A stretch of 64,000 nucleotides of DNA from Heteroscytonema crispum UTEX LB 1556 (GCA_044006015.1 JBIPDF010000002.1:24666-88665); one strand, 5' to 3'; shown: positions 28,743 through 40,311, counted from the first letter of the stretch. Made by a program: numbers and translations. The notes: generated from the sequence alone by a model not told the origin.

Positions 28743-30548
28743 TTAGCTTCCCTGCTGTTCTACAAGCTGCCAAAGTTTGATAGTCTTGTCCCTGCTGCCA
28801 CTAGCAATCACTCGTGCAACAGGGCTAACAGCAACGGCTGACACACAGTCTATATGACCGCAAAGAGTAGCAATTTCTTCTAAATTACTTACCTTCCATA
28901 ATTTGACTGTCTTGTCCCAACTCCCACTAATCAGTGTTTCCCCATCCGCACTAAAAGCCACTGTCACCACCGACCAGGAATGGCATAAAAGTGTACGAAT
29001 CAACTGACCAGTGTTTAACTCCCACAATTTAATAGTGTTATCTTCGCTACCCGTAACCAACATTTTCCCATCGGGACTGAAAGCGACTGTTAAAACCGCC
29101 CATGCATGACCTAAAAAGGTATAATCTGGGCGGTTTTTAACTTTTTCAGCTAATTTCCACAAGCGAATTGTTCGATCAAAACTAGCGCTGGCTAAAAATT
29201 TTCCATCGGGACTAAATGCTACTGAACTTACTTGTAATTGATGTCCTGTTAGGGTGCAAATTTCTTTATTTGTATTTACATCCCAAAGTTTGATTGTTTT
29301 ATCCCAGCTACCACTGGCTAGCAGCTTTCCATCTGGACTGAAAGCCACTGATTTTACAGCGTGTGAATGTCCTTTGAGGGTGAAGATTTCCTCAAAGGTG
29401 TTGAGATTCCACAATTTGATAGTTTTATCATCGCTAGCGCTGGCGAGAATTTTACCATCCGGACTGAAAGCCACTGATTTTACAGCTTGGGAATGTCCCA
29501 TGAGAGTGCATAATATTTTTTTAGTGTTTAAATCCCATAATGCGATCGCTTTATTATCATGACCGCTAGCTAAAATCCCCCCAAACCCCCCTTCATCAGG
29601 CGGGCTAGGGGGGATCGGACCGATCGCGATTGAATTCACGCCACTCAACATGGCAGAATGTTCGTTGAGGGTGTGGGAACAACGCCATTGCGAGTTGGTA
29701 GTTGGTAGTTGGTAGTTGGTAGTTGACGGGTGATAACTGTAAAAATCAGGATTAATCGCTTGTATAACTTCCGAGGCTGATTGAAAGCGACGGTTAACAG
29801 CATTTTGCAGCAACTTGTCCAGGATTTTTGTTAGGCGATCGCTTACTTTAGTTGTGAGATAATCTTGCCAAGCCCAGCCATTATTCGCAACATCAAACAA
29901 ATCAAAGGGCGGAATGTGAGTAAGTAAATAAATGCAAGTTACACCCAAGCTATAAATATCACTTGCCAATACGGGTTTACCCTTAGTTAGTTCGGGCGCG
30001 GCATACTCCGGACTGCCGATAATGCTTGTGTTAGTTAGCGGTTCAATTTCTGAAGTTAATTGAGCAGTAGCAAAATTTACCAAAAACAAATCTATCCTGT
30101 CCCCCCTTTTTAAAAGGGGATTTAAAGGAGATTTCAAAATAATATTTTCGGGTTTAATATTGCAGTGAATAACATTGCAATCATGAATAAACTTGAGAAC
30201 AGGCAAAACATACTCTAAAAGTTGCCAAATTTGACTTTCACTAAAAGCACCCTCCTCCTCAATCAAACTTGCCAAACTGGAACCTTCAATAAACTCCTGC
30301 ACCAAATAGAAATACTCTTCCTCTGGAAAAAAATCTAAAAATGCCGGAATTTGTGGATGCTTTCCCAATTCTGCTAAAACCTGTGCCTTTCGTTGAAAAC
30401 TTTCAAAACTTTGCTTTTGCAGCGAAAATTGTTGAACCACACAAGAAACTCCCGGACATTTACCTTCATCCACAGCAAGAAAAGTTTTGTATAATCCCCC
30501 CTTACCAATTACTTCAACTAAACGATAACGTTCTTTTAAAACATTCAT
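28743..30548 (-). CDS. Ser/Thr protein kinase with C-terminal WD40 beta-propeller (7 repeats)
   Basis: N-terminal kinase (GKGGLYKTFLA..., HCNIKPENIIL, NFATAQ, GSPEYAAPE). The C-terminus has repeated GHSxAVxSVAFSPDGKxLASGSxDKTIKLW units. The linker contains an STRR-encoded QLPTTNYQLPTTNSQ. Confidence 0.9.
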   Translation of the reverse strand: MNVLKERYRLVEVIGKGGLYKTFLAVDEGKCPGVSCVVQQFSLQKQSFESFQRKAQVLAELGKHPQIPAFLDFFPEEEYFYLVQEFIEGSSLASLIEEEGAFSESQIWQLLEYVLPVLKFIHDCNVIHCNIKPENIILKSPLNPLLKRGDRIDLFLVNFATAQLTSEIEPLTNTSIIGSPEYAAPELTKGKPVLASDIYSLGVTCIYLLTHIPPFDLFDVANNGWAWQDYLTTKVSDRLTKILDKLLQNAVNRRFQSASEVIQAINPDFYSYHPSTTNYQLPTTNSQWRCSHTLNEHSAMLSGVNSIAIGPIPPSPPDEGGFGGILASGHDNKAIALWDLNTKKILCTLMGHSQAVKSVAFSPDGKILASASDDKTIKLWNLNTFEEIFTLKGHSHAVKSVAFSPDGKLLASGSWDKTIKLWDVNTNKEICTLTGHQLQVSSVAFSPDGKFLASASFDRTIRLWKLAEKVKNRPDYTFLGHAWAVLTVAFSPDGKMLVTGSEDNTIKLWELNTGQLIRTLLCHSWSVVTVAFSADGETLISGSWDKTVKLWKVSNLEEIATLCGHIDCVSAVAVSPVARVIASGSRDKTIKLWQLVEQQGS

Positions 30549-30844
30549 TCATACCCTTCCCTTTCTCTCCTTTCTCTTCCTCTGCGTTTTCTCTCTTGAA
30601 AAGGTCTGATGCCTTCTCTTCGCTCTTGCTTCGCCTTTCTTGTATGCCGCAAGGCTATACGGCAACCCCTTCTCTTAACGGAGGAAACCGACCCTCAGAC
30701 TTTTCGCTGCTTCCTAGTAAGGTTAATTAATTTTACAAATTTTATCTAATTGTTATAGCATTGACTTCAGCCCCGACTTAAAAGTCGGGCGCTTAAGCGT
30801 TCAAGGCGTTGAAATAGGTTAAAATCCTGTGAAAATTGCAACCT

Positions 30845-30950
30845 CTAGAAACTCGGTTTCGCAGAAGAAACCGGGTTTCTCAACTTTCACCTGGGATGCG
30901 CGGAATGCTATAGAAACGCGAGAAACATCACGTCTCTATATTTTGTAAAC
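30845..30950. mobile_element. Partial/inverted MITE family A-related copy
   Basis: Contains gaaactcggtttc ... gaaaccgggtttctcaactttcac and gcgcggaatgctataga (the reverse of the family A TIR), plus a gtctctata hairpin half. Confidence 0.35.
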
Positions 30951-30959
30951 TATTAATTG

Positions 30960-33062
30960 TTACTTATCCCCAGGAAAATCAACAACTACAGGCAAATTAC
31001 CATTTTGTTGAGCGACTTTTGGGATAGTAACCGATGGTTTTGCCTGCATAGGTGGCGTTGCATCACCTGACTTAGCAGTTTGATTCCATAAAATCATCGA
31101 AAGCAACCCATCCACCAAACCACCAGTACCGCCAGAACCCCCAACTAAAACATCTGGGATGAGACGGACATTGCGATCGCCGATAATTTGCATCATCTGC
31201 ATCGCTGTATATCCTTGTTCTCCCAAGGCTTCCACACCAGCGCGATAGGTTTCAGCTTTTGCATTACCAATCGCCCGGATACCTTCAGCTTCACCAACAG
31301 CTTGCAAGCGAGTCGCTTCAGCTTGACCGGTCGCCTGTTTAATTTGCGCCTGCGCTTTCAAATCAGCCATTTTCACACTTTGTTCCGAAGTCACCATTTC
31401 TCGCTGAATATCCGCCAGCGAAGTTTCCCGGACAAGTTGTTGTCTTTGGGTTTGCGCCAATTCTTGAACTTGATAAGTCTTGCGTTGTTCCTCAGCAATT
31501 TTCCGGTCTGTCTGGGTTTGCATCAACGTTGCAGGCGGTTGAATATCCCCAATTAACGTATCAATTGCCTGTACATCATAACTGCGTAAGGCTATCTTAA
31601 TATACTCAGCAGCCTCCGTTTGCCGTTCGCTGCGGGCAGTCAAAAAGTCAAGCACCGTATAGTCTTGAGCCGAGTTACGGAAGTAATTACCGATGGTAGG
31701 CTCTAATACATGGTCTACCAAATTCTGCATCGAACCAACGCGAGAAATCACCTTTGGTGCATCCAACGCGCCGACATGAATAATTTGCGCTACTTCCAAA
31801 TCAAAGGCAAACCCATCTTGAGAACGCACCGTCAAAGAGCCTAATTTTGCATCATAATTATGACGTTCGGTGCGAACCGACCAATTTAAAACTATGTTGG
31901 TCGTGGGCACCAACTCAATCTTCATAATGCGGCTGTTAATCGGGTGTTTACCGGGATACAACGGTTCCACCCACACGCCCTTATGTCCGGGATTAACTAA
32001 ATTACCGTGAGTGAAAGCTGCACCGCTAACATCTTGGTGCGCCTTACCCACATAAGAAATCACCACACCCACGTAACCGATAGGAATTTCCGTCATCGGT
32101 ACAGGTTCAACCTGAACAAGCCAAGGATTGAGATTCCAAGAACCAGATAACAAAGTTTGTTCTTGCAAACCCCGGCGTCCACCACCATCAATGAATTTCT
32201 GACCGCTTTGGAAATTGTCGTGTCCGCCAATTACCGGACCTGCCATTTCACCTGCAGGAATTGGCAAACCATCCAAGGTGGTGACAATACCAACTTTATC
32301 AGCCGCAAGACTATACACCCGCAACTGTTCCGGACTCATGCCATGTTGGTTGGCATTTGACGACATAATTACTTTAAACAGGGCGGTGTTGATGCGGTAA
32401 GTACCTGCTGTCAGAAAACCTATTTGCCGACCTTTTTCGCCACCGTTGGTGAGGAATTTTCGCGCATCTTGGAAATTGTCGCATTCTACAACTTTACCCA
32501 AAATGCGTTCTGGCGGGTTGGATGCACCATCTGCGGCGACAATCAGGGCGATTTCATTTTGGGGTACAACAATTACCGGCTCTTTTTTCACCGAATATTG
32601 CCAAGCCCAATAACCCCAGTGCCAACCAGGTACTAGAGTATCAGCTTGCAAGCCAGCTTCGCCGTTCATCGCAATCAACCGTCCGGGAGGAAGTCCGCGT
32701 CCGGAAATGGCAAATTTTTTCACCACAATGCCGACTTCTCGTTCCCCAATAACCACCAGTCCGCCTAAGAACAGGGGTACAAATATCACTAACCCGCCAA
32801 CAATAACGATGGGGATAAGTCCCCACGGTTCCACCTGTGTTGGTATTTGGGCAATTGTTGTCTTTGTCTGATTTAATTGAACTGATACTGGCGCGATTTG
32901 TTTTACAGTCGCTGTTTTCACCGGAGTCGCACTAGCAGAATGAATGCTACCAGCCAGTGCCAAAGTTGCTATAAAAGATGTTGCAAAACGAAGTATTTTA
33001 TTTGACTTACTTTTACTGAAAAAGTCTTGACCGCTTTTCATAACCTGTGCCGCTTTGGGCAA
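30960..33062 (-). CDS. Flotillin-like SPFH/band-7 family membrane protein
   Basis: N-terminal TM, then an SPFH region (GLPPGRLIAMNGEAGLQADTLVPGWH...VPQNEIALIVAADG). The C-terminus has a long Ala/Glu/Gln-rich coiled coil typical of flotillins. Confidence 0.8.
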   Translation of the reverse strand: MPKAAQVMKSGQDFFSKSKSNKILRFATSFIATLALAGSIHSASATPVKTATVKQIAPVSVQLNQTKTTIAQIPTQVEPWGLIPIVIVGGLVIFVPLFLGGLVVIGEREVGIVVKKFAISGRGLPPGRLIAMNGEAGLQADTLVPGWHWGYWAWQYSVKKEPVIVVPQNEIALIVAADGASNPPERILGKVVECDNFQDARKFLTNGGEKGRQIGFLTAGTYRINTALFKVIMSSNANQHGMSPEQLRVYSLAADKVGIVTTLDGLPIPAGEMAGPVIGGHDNFQSGQKFIDGGGRRGLQEQTLLSGSWNLNPWLVQVEPVPMTEIPIGYVGVVISYVGKAHQDVSGAAFTHGNLVNPGHKGVWVEPLYPGKHPINSRIMKIELVPTTNIVLNWSVRTERHNYDAKLGSLTVRSQDGFAFDLEVAQIIHVGALDAPKVISRVGSMQNLVDHVLEPTIGNYFRNSAQDYTVLDFLTARSERQTEAAEYIKIALRSYDVQAIDTLIGDIQPPATLMQTQTDRKIAEEQRKTYQVQELAQTQRQQLVRETSLADIQREMVTSEQSVKMADLKAQAQIKQATGQAEATRLQAVGEAEGIRAIGNAKAETYRAGVEALGEQGYTAMQMMQIIGDRNVRLIPDVLVGGSGGTGGLVDGLLSMILWNQTAKSGDATPPMQAKPSVTIPKVAQQNGNLPVVVDFPGDK

Positions 33063-33313
33063 CTAATTATCCAACTTATTACTTCACTAAGAGTTCCCAG
33101 GATTTCTTAAACTTGCTATAATTTTTTTAGGAATTACGCAACTAACACATAATGCACAAAATCTTCACCTTTGTGCGTGATATCATGTCCGTTTAATTGA
33201 CATTAATAAGAAATTTCTAAATCCCTGTAGAGACTTTTCTGTGTGGAGTCTCGACATCACATGTAATTTACCGGACATGATATGACACTTGCTCCCGTCC
33301 TGACTCAATTAAG

Positions 33314-33343
33314 CACAAAGGTGGGCAAATGCCCACCTTTGTG
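33314..33343 (-). terminator. Terminator-like hairpin downstream of atpC (cacaaaggtgggca aa tgcccacctttgtg)
   Basis: Perfect 14-bp inverted repeat 40 nt beyond the atpC stop, followed on the minus strand by CUUAAUU. Confidence 0.55.
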
Positions 33344-33382
33344 ATGTTCTGAAGAAAGCAAGAGCAATTTGGCTGAGTTCTA

Positions 33383-33796
33383 TTAAACCATGCCGCCAGC
33401 GGCTTGAAAGCGAGCGCGGGCACGTTTGTAGGCTTGGTTTGCCTGGATTTGTGCTTGGCGATCGCCTGCTGGCACTTGATTCAATCGAGTTTCGGCTTGG
33501 TTAAAATCTGCACGGGCTTCTTCAAGGTTAATTGAGTCGCCACGTTCCGCACCGTTAACCAAAATGGTGACTTCATTTTCATCAACTTCGGCAAAGCCAC
33601 CCATAAGGGCAATGGGTACCCAAGGCTCATTTTTGGCACCACGTACTCGCATGACGCCTGTATCTAAAGCGCTCAATAAAGGTGCGTGTCCGCTGAGGAT
33701 ACCTAGCTGACCGGTGGTGCTGGGCAAAATCACTTCTTCAGCTTTGGCATCCCAGATTGTTTTATCTGGGGAAATTACACGAACGGTTAATGTCAT
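33383..33796 (-). CDS. atpC: ATP synthase F1 epsilon subunit
   Basis: [44 protein letters not shown]...; 137 aa, immediately downstream of atpD. Confidence 0.9.
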   Translation of the reverse strand: MTLTVRVISPDKTIWDAKAEEVILPSTTGQLGILSGHAPLLSALDTGVMRVRGAKNEPWVPIALMGGFAEVDENEVTILVNGAERGDSINLEEARADFNQAETRLNQVPAGDRQAQIQANQAYKRARARFQAAGGMV

Positions 33797-33804
33797 AAGA
33801 AAAG

Positions 33805-33880
33805 TATGAAGTGTGAAGTATGAAGTATGAAGTAGGAAGGATGAAGTTTCAATTTCAACCTTTATCCTTCATACTTCAGC
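33805..33880. repeat. STRR (GAAGTAT heptamers) with inverted partner ccttcatacttc, in the atpD-atpC intergenic region
   Basis: Read directly. Confidence 0.8.
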
Positions 33881-33886
33881 CAAAGT

Positions 33887-35356
<1,470 letters not shown>

Positions 35357-35809
35357 CTATATTTCAGATAGGGTCTATGAGGCTTAAAGATTAAGCAATG
35401 TCATCTTTTAGGTTAGCACCGAACGACCCCTTCGCTTCGGCTTAATTCGGCATAAATTGATTCTTAAGAGTGATGCCTTCAATTGGTAAGCCGGTTAATA
35501 TGCGATCGCCCTTAAGAACAATACAAATCAACGTCTGCCATATTTAACTATAACTGAGATATAAATTTTTTCCGATATGCCGCCAGTTTTAGCAATTTTA
35601 TGATATAATCCCGCCCATACCTTATTACTTTCAAAGGCTAGGTGTTGGCAGGCATAGTTTCTGACATCATCTAGCCTTTTCTTGCGAGATTGAGAATTCT
35701 AGATTTAGTTTCGATGCAAAAGCGCGATCGCGATCGCCGCTCAAATCTTGAACTGTTATAGCGTTGCTGTGGCGGAGACACTCATCAAAGCTTTATCGGG
35801 TTAAAGAAA

Positions 35810-36001
35810 ATGGAAGATTCTACGTTTGTTATTTTCATTGTCTTCGGGTGCATCTGGATATTGATGGGAACAGTTGGCGTGATTGCGCTTCTAAAATCCG
35901 ATGGTCAAGAAATCCGGTTTGGCAAATGGGGACTTATAGTTGCTCTGCCGATCGTTATCCCCATAATCGTTACCCTGATTATTGGCGCATTTTACCATTA
36001 G
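35810..36001 (+). CDS. Possible small two-TM membrane protein (63 aa)
   Basis: Two strongly hydrophobic segments separated by KSDGQEIRFGKWG; no recognisable family. Confidence 0.3.
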   Translation: MEDSTFVIFIVFGCIWILMGTVGVIALLKSDGQEIRFGKWGLIVALPIVIPIIVTLIIGAFYH

Positions 36002-36384
36002 TAGTTTGGCAAGTCAAAATTGCCGAGTGAGGACTGGGAAAGGGGCAGGTGGGGCCCCCAGGGAGTGGGGATAAGGGGCAAGGGGGAAGGGGAAAGGGGA
36101 AAATATTAAACCGCAAAGTTTGCTTGTCAGACCGTTAGTAGTGCGTCAAGGTAATGCATGAGAATTTCTTCACAAGTTTCTCAAATTATTTGCGTATAAC
36201 TAAAAGTGTAGGGCGGGAAATCGCCAGCTACGCCAGATAGCACCTGCTACATCACCCAGTCAGATATTGTCTTTATTAGGACTTACGCAAAGCTCACGGC
36301 AATAAAGCGAGGAGTGAAAATCCACGCCGCTGTCTTGAATGCTGCGCTTGCGAGGTTTCCTCACAACACTTTTTGAGCTTTAAG

Positions 36385-36500
36385 CCAGACCCTTAAAAAA
36401 GGAGCCAGTGCCTTGGACGTCCAAGCCGACCGTGGTTTGGTAATTGATGGTGTAATTGGTAGCGAAACTTGGCAATGTTTGGTTGAAGCTATACCAGTCC
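36385..36500 (+). pseudogene. Orphan fragment of a peptidoglycan-binding (PG_binding_1-type) domain
   Basis: Reads LDVQADRGLVIDGVIGSETWQCLVEAIPVPC then stop; no start codon or upstream body. It resembles the C-terminal half of the intact gene at 36793..37068 (RIDGIVGEETWQKLAEVAAEP). Confidence 0.3.
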
Positions 36501-36792
36501 CATGTTAATTATTTTCAGGCAATAAAAAATTGCTAACTAAAATGTCCAGCTAAGTACTCCGAATCGTCGTCAGCGATTCATAAATTATATCTGAAAAAAT
36601 TCCGATGGACATTAATATATTTCCGCATTAAATATTGCACATTTAGTGCTTGTATTAAATTGTTTCAATTTCACACATTTTCCGATATATTGGATATATT
36701 AAGAGTAAGATTTTTCAAACCACTTCATGTAAAGTTTCTTTCGCTATACAGTTCAATAATCAACTTTTGTAACAATTGTGTGAGGTTGAATT

Positions 36793-37068
36793 ATGCAAGC
36801 GAAATTTCCAGCTAACATCAATGAAAATATAACAGTTGAAATGCCAGTTTTGCAGATTGGCGCTAATGGAAAAGCTGTACGATTTCTGCAGAGGCTTTTA
36901 ATAGCTTATGGCTTTTTTAGTCGTGATTTGTTGACTGATGAATTTAATGGCAGAACTGAACTGTCGGTGAAAAATTTTCAGACAGTTTATCGTTTAAGAA
37001 TCGATGGTATTGTCGGTGAAGAAACATGGCAAAAATTAGCAGAGGTTGCTGCTGAACCACGCGACTAA
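36793..37068 (+). CDS. Small peptidoglycan-binding-domain protein
   Basis: GKAVRFLQRLLIAYGFF...DGIVGEETWQKL matches the PG-binding-domain pattern (three-helix, DGxxGxxT). Confidence 0.6.
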   Translation: MQAKFPANINENITVEMPVLQIGANGKAVRFLQRLLIAYGFFSRDLLTDEFNGRTELSVKNFQTVYRLRIDGIVGEETWQKLAEVAAEPRD

Positions 37069-37165
37069 ATCAACTAGAACAAATGCGAAGGAATTGTGAA
37101 TTAATAATTTATTCGTGAATTCTTGATAGGTTGATTTTGCCATTTAATATTTGGGATAAAAAATT

Positions 37166-37702
37166 ATGACAACTAACAAAATTTTGGTTGCCCTTGACCG
37201 TTCATCGCAAGCATTAGTGGTATTTGAGCAAGCACTAGATATAGCTCAAAAACAAGGAAGTGAGTTGATATTATTTCATAGCATTCACTCGCAGTTAGAG
37301 GGCGAGGCTATCCAGTATGTTGGTACTATTGCAGATGTAGATATGTACGGTACTTTGCATAAACTATATCGCGATCGCCTGCAAAAAGAAATTGATAGCG
37401 TTCAAAGTTGGTTGCAGGAATACGTCCAAAAAGCAAATGCACGGATGATTCCTGTAGAAGTTATCCACGAATTTGGCGAACCAGGTAAAAAAATTTGTAA
37501 TTTAGCAAAATCATGGGGTGCAGATTTAATAGTTATCGGTCGCAGAGGTCACAAAGGAATTTCAGAAGTTTTGTTGGGTAGTGTTAGCAATTACGTACTG
37601 CATCATGCGCCTTGTTCGGTGTTGGTAATTCAAGGTCAACATACCGCCAATACTGGGATGCGAGTTGAAGAAGCGATGAGTACAACACATACAACACAAT
37701 AG
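37166..37702 (+). CDS. Universal stress protein (UspA family)
   Basis: KILVALDRS...LILFHS...ADLIVIGRRGHKGISEVLLGSVSNYVLHHAPCSVLVI, the canonical Usp ATP-binding C-terminal motif. Confidence 0.85.
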   Translation: MTTNKILVALDRSSQALVVFEQALDIAQKQGSELILFHSIHSQLEGEAIQYVGTIADVDMYGTLHKLYRDRLQKEIDSVQSWLQEYVQKANARMIPVEVIHEFGEPGKKICNLAKSWGADLIVIGRRGHKGISEVLLGSVSNYVLHHAPCSVLVIQGQHTANTGMRVEEAMSTTHTTQ

Positions 37703-38018
37703 ACTTGCCACTTATAAATCAAAACGTGGCGATTTGTCGGTGGGGAGGATTTATGTTTAACCGTGTTCCTCCTCACAAGTTCCTCAAATTCTTGCAATAT
37801 GTATAAAAGTGAGAGTAAGAAAGAAGAAAAGCAACAATTCTTAAATTCTCCATTTGGTGTAGGCGATGTGACATTTTGCGGTTAGCCAGACCAGACCGTA
37901 AAGATTCCTAATTCTTTGATTTTGCCTTACCCTCCTATTGCTCTCAAAACTTAAAAATTTTACATTTGGCATAGCTATCCATACATAGTATGTACTTATT
38001 TTGAAGTAGAAGTACATA

Positions 38019-38125
38019 CTATAGCAATCCGCGCATCATTCATGAAAATTTAGAAACCCGGTTCTCCGAGAAACCGGGTTTCTGGACACCGTAAACTTTC
38101 ACAAATCATATAGGATTGCTATAGC
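38019..38125. mobile_element. MITE-like element, family A, best-preserved copy (TIR ctatagcaatcc / ggattgctatag)
   Basis: Terminal inverted repeats of 12 bp flank tagaaacccggttctccgagaaaccgggtttctggacaccgtaaactttcac. It is preceded by a separate hairpin atagtatgtact...agtacatactat (37987-38022). Confidence 0.6.
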
Positions 38126-38245
38126 TTGCTTCGCTGTAGAGGTGAGAAGGAGAGAAAATCAAAGTTTTTCTTTTACGAAGAAAAATTTACCTCCAGAGGT
38201 CTGCGTGTGGTCTATTTATTTGAAAATCTGTAACACTAAAACAAC

Positions 38246-38572
38246 CTAAAGAAGCTTTTGAACAGCGCTACTAAATTGCTCGTAAGGAGAAACTCCCACA
38301 ATAGTTTCTAGTAACTCAGTATTCTTGAAAATTAAAACCGCCGGAATGCTGCGAAGACCAAATTTTTTGAAAATTGGTTTGTTGTTGTCGATGTCTACCT
38401 TAACGACTTTAACGCGACCTTTGTATTCTTCAGCGAGTTGATCCATTAGCGGACTGATAAGGCGGCACGGACCACACCAAGTAGCAGTAAAATCTACAAC
38501 AACAACTTCTTCTGCACTTAAAAGAGTATCAAATTCACTTTCTTGGACGTAAGCAACGGTTTCAGGGGACAT
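38246..38572 (-). CDS. trxA: Thioredoxin
   Basis: WCGPCR active site; 108 aa; typical thioredoxin fold sequence (VVVDFTATWCGPCRLISP...KVDIDNN). Confidence 0.9.
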   Translation of the reverse strand: MSPETVAYVQESEFDTLLSAEEVVVVDFTATWCGPCRLISPLMDQLAEEYKGRVKVVKVDIDNNKPIFKKFGLRSIPAVLIFKNTELLETIVGVSPYEQFSSAVQKLL

Positions 38573-38596
38573 TATTTTTTATTTCCTAGCGTCAAA

Positions 38597-39589
38597 CTAA
38601 AATTTCAGTTCCAAACTAAGAATACAGGCAATTAACCACACTAAACCGACAGCATAGCCCGCTAACACATCAGTAGGCCAGTGTACGCCTAAATAAAGCC
38701 TACTCAAACCTATTGCAACAATTAAGACAGCAGTCAAAGCAAAAATCTGTCCCCGCCATTCCGGAAATTCCTTTGCCAGAATATAGCCTAGAAAGCCATA
38801 AATTACCATTGAAACCATTGCGTGACCGCTAGGAAAGCTGTAGTGACCTACATCAATAATCCGGTCCCACAGTGCTGGACGTGCCCTAGCAAACAGTACT
38901 TTCAACCAATAATTTAAGCCGATCGCACCAATTACGGCTATACCCAAGGTATTAGCTTCCAAGGGACGGTTATAATGCACCAAGGCGCTTCTCAATGCCA
39001 AACAACTTATCAGTATTGCTACTGAGCCAACCATAAAAGTAATACCAAGCATGAACCGATCCAAAAATGGCGCATGCAGTTTTTGAATTGCCAGTAAAAT
39101 ACTTTCGTCAAGAGCATATCTGTGTAACAATCCGGTGCCAAAGGCAAGAAGGCAAACAGCACCTGATGCCAAAACAATTTGACTGTTCGTTTGAGAAAGT
39201 ATGGCTGAGGTAACTATATTTTGGTTTTGGGTCTTCTCCCTCGTTGTAACTTTTTCTTCAGTACCCAGGAAACGCAAGTTACGATCTTCAACGGCTGAAG
39301 CAGGTAATTTTCTCAACTGTGTTCTGTACTCTAAGACAATATTTTGGATGAGTAGCGCGATCGCGTTTGGGCTAAAATTCGGATGGAAAAGTACAAGAAC
39401 ATTGCCCGTGTAATGATTGGCACTAACTTCCGCGATTCCTTTCTCCCCTAACAATCTCAATTCAAGATATCTTTTGATTGCTTCTGAGCGATAAAGTCCA
39501 TTTACTTTATATCTAGCTCTTCCTTTAACTGTAGTATGTATTGCTCTAACCAAAGGATTATGAGGGAGTTTGTCGAAATTAGTAGCCAT
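38597..39589 (-). CDS. Two-domain protein: N-terminal soluble domain (HxxxxGRxRY(F) motif, HMA2-like?) + C-terminal PAP2 phosphatase
   Basis: The C-terminus has PAP2 motifs (KVLFARARP, SFPSGH, SRLYLGVHWPTDV) in a 5-6 TM domain. The N-terminal ~110 aa (LVRAIHTTVKGRARYKVNGLYRSEAIKRYLELRL...) resemble the N-terminal region of the adjacent gene 39673..40311. Confidence 0.7.
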   Translation of the reverse strand: MATNFDKLPHNPLVRAIHTTVKGRARYKVNGLYRSEAIKRYLELRLLGEKGIAEVSANHYTGNVLVLFHPNFSPNAIALLIQNIVLEYRTQLRKLPASAVEDRNLRFLGTEEKVTTREKTQNQNIVTSAILSQTNSQIVLASGAVCLLAFGTGLLHRYALDESILLAIQKLHAPFLDRFMLGITFMVGSVAILISCLALRSALVHYNRPLEANTLGIAVIGAIGLNYWLKVLFARARPALWDRIIDVGHYSFPSGHAMVSMVIYGFLGYILAKEFPEWRGQIFALTAVLIVAIGLSRLYLGVHWPTDVLAGYAVGLVWLIACILSLELKF

Positions 39590-39672
39590 TTTTTTAACTT
39601 AGCTGTCTGAACCTGCCAATGTGAACTTTATTTTAATGCTTGACATCCTCCTGTGGGAGGATGTTAGGAATG

Positions 39673-40311
39673 TCAAACAGCTTCGGTTTTTTCGACAGCT
39701 GGCATTTTGAACGATTGCAAACCCGATAAGCGATCGCTGTTTTGCGATCGCTTGTTGGGCAATATGAACATAATGGCAGATTTTAGCCCGTTAATTGTGG
39801 TTTTCGCACCAGAGAGTAACCTCTCCCAAGTGTCTTTCCTAAAACGTTTATGCATAATGGCGTTACGCGCTTGGTTGATGTTACGCGTACTGTCAATTAG
39901 GTTGATTAAAGCATCAAAGATGACTTGTGCAATTGATTTTGCCGATGGTTTGGTTGGTACAACTATATTTGGGGCATTTTGAATGAGATTAACCAAATGC
40001 GATCGCATTTTGTCATCTGATGCGCCTCTTTGATAATTGATGACAATAGATGCAGCTTGGGGATTAACACGGACACTCGTAGTTTTAGAGTCAGATTGCA
40101 TCACCAACTTGAGTTTGTTGGCATAATCAGAATCTACGGCTAACCGAGGAATACGAAAACGAATACGTCCGGGAATTGCATGGGCAACGCTATAAAATAT
40201 CTTTTCAGGTGGTGCTGTTTTGTCAGCTACGCTCTGATTTATCTGTTTAGGTTGTCGATGCCGATTGAGAATAGCACTTTTGTCAGAATTCGACCGTTTT
40301 CTAGAAATCAT
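39673..40311 (-). CDS. Hypothetical protein sharing an N-terminal domain type with the adjacent PAP2 fusion
   Basis: IFYSVAHAIPGRIRFRIPRLAVDSDYANKLKLVMQSDSKTTSVRVNPQAASIVINY parallels LVRAIHTTVKGRARYKVNGLYRSEAIKRYLELRLLGEKGIAEVSANHYTGNVLVLF of 38597..39589. Confidence 0.55.
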   Translation of the reverse strand: MISRKRSNSDKSAILNRHRQPKQINQSVADKTAPPEKIFYSVAHAIPGRIRFRIPRLAVDSDYANKLKLVMQSDSKTTSVRVNPQAASIVINYQRGASDDKMRSHLVNLIQNAPNIVVPTKPSAKSIAQVIFDALINLIDSTRNINQARNAIMHKRFRKDTWERLLSGAKTTINGLKSAIMFILPNKRSQNSDRLSGLQSFKMPAVEKTEAV

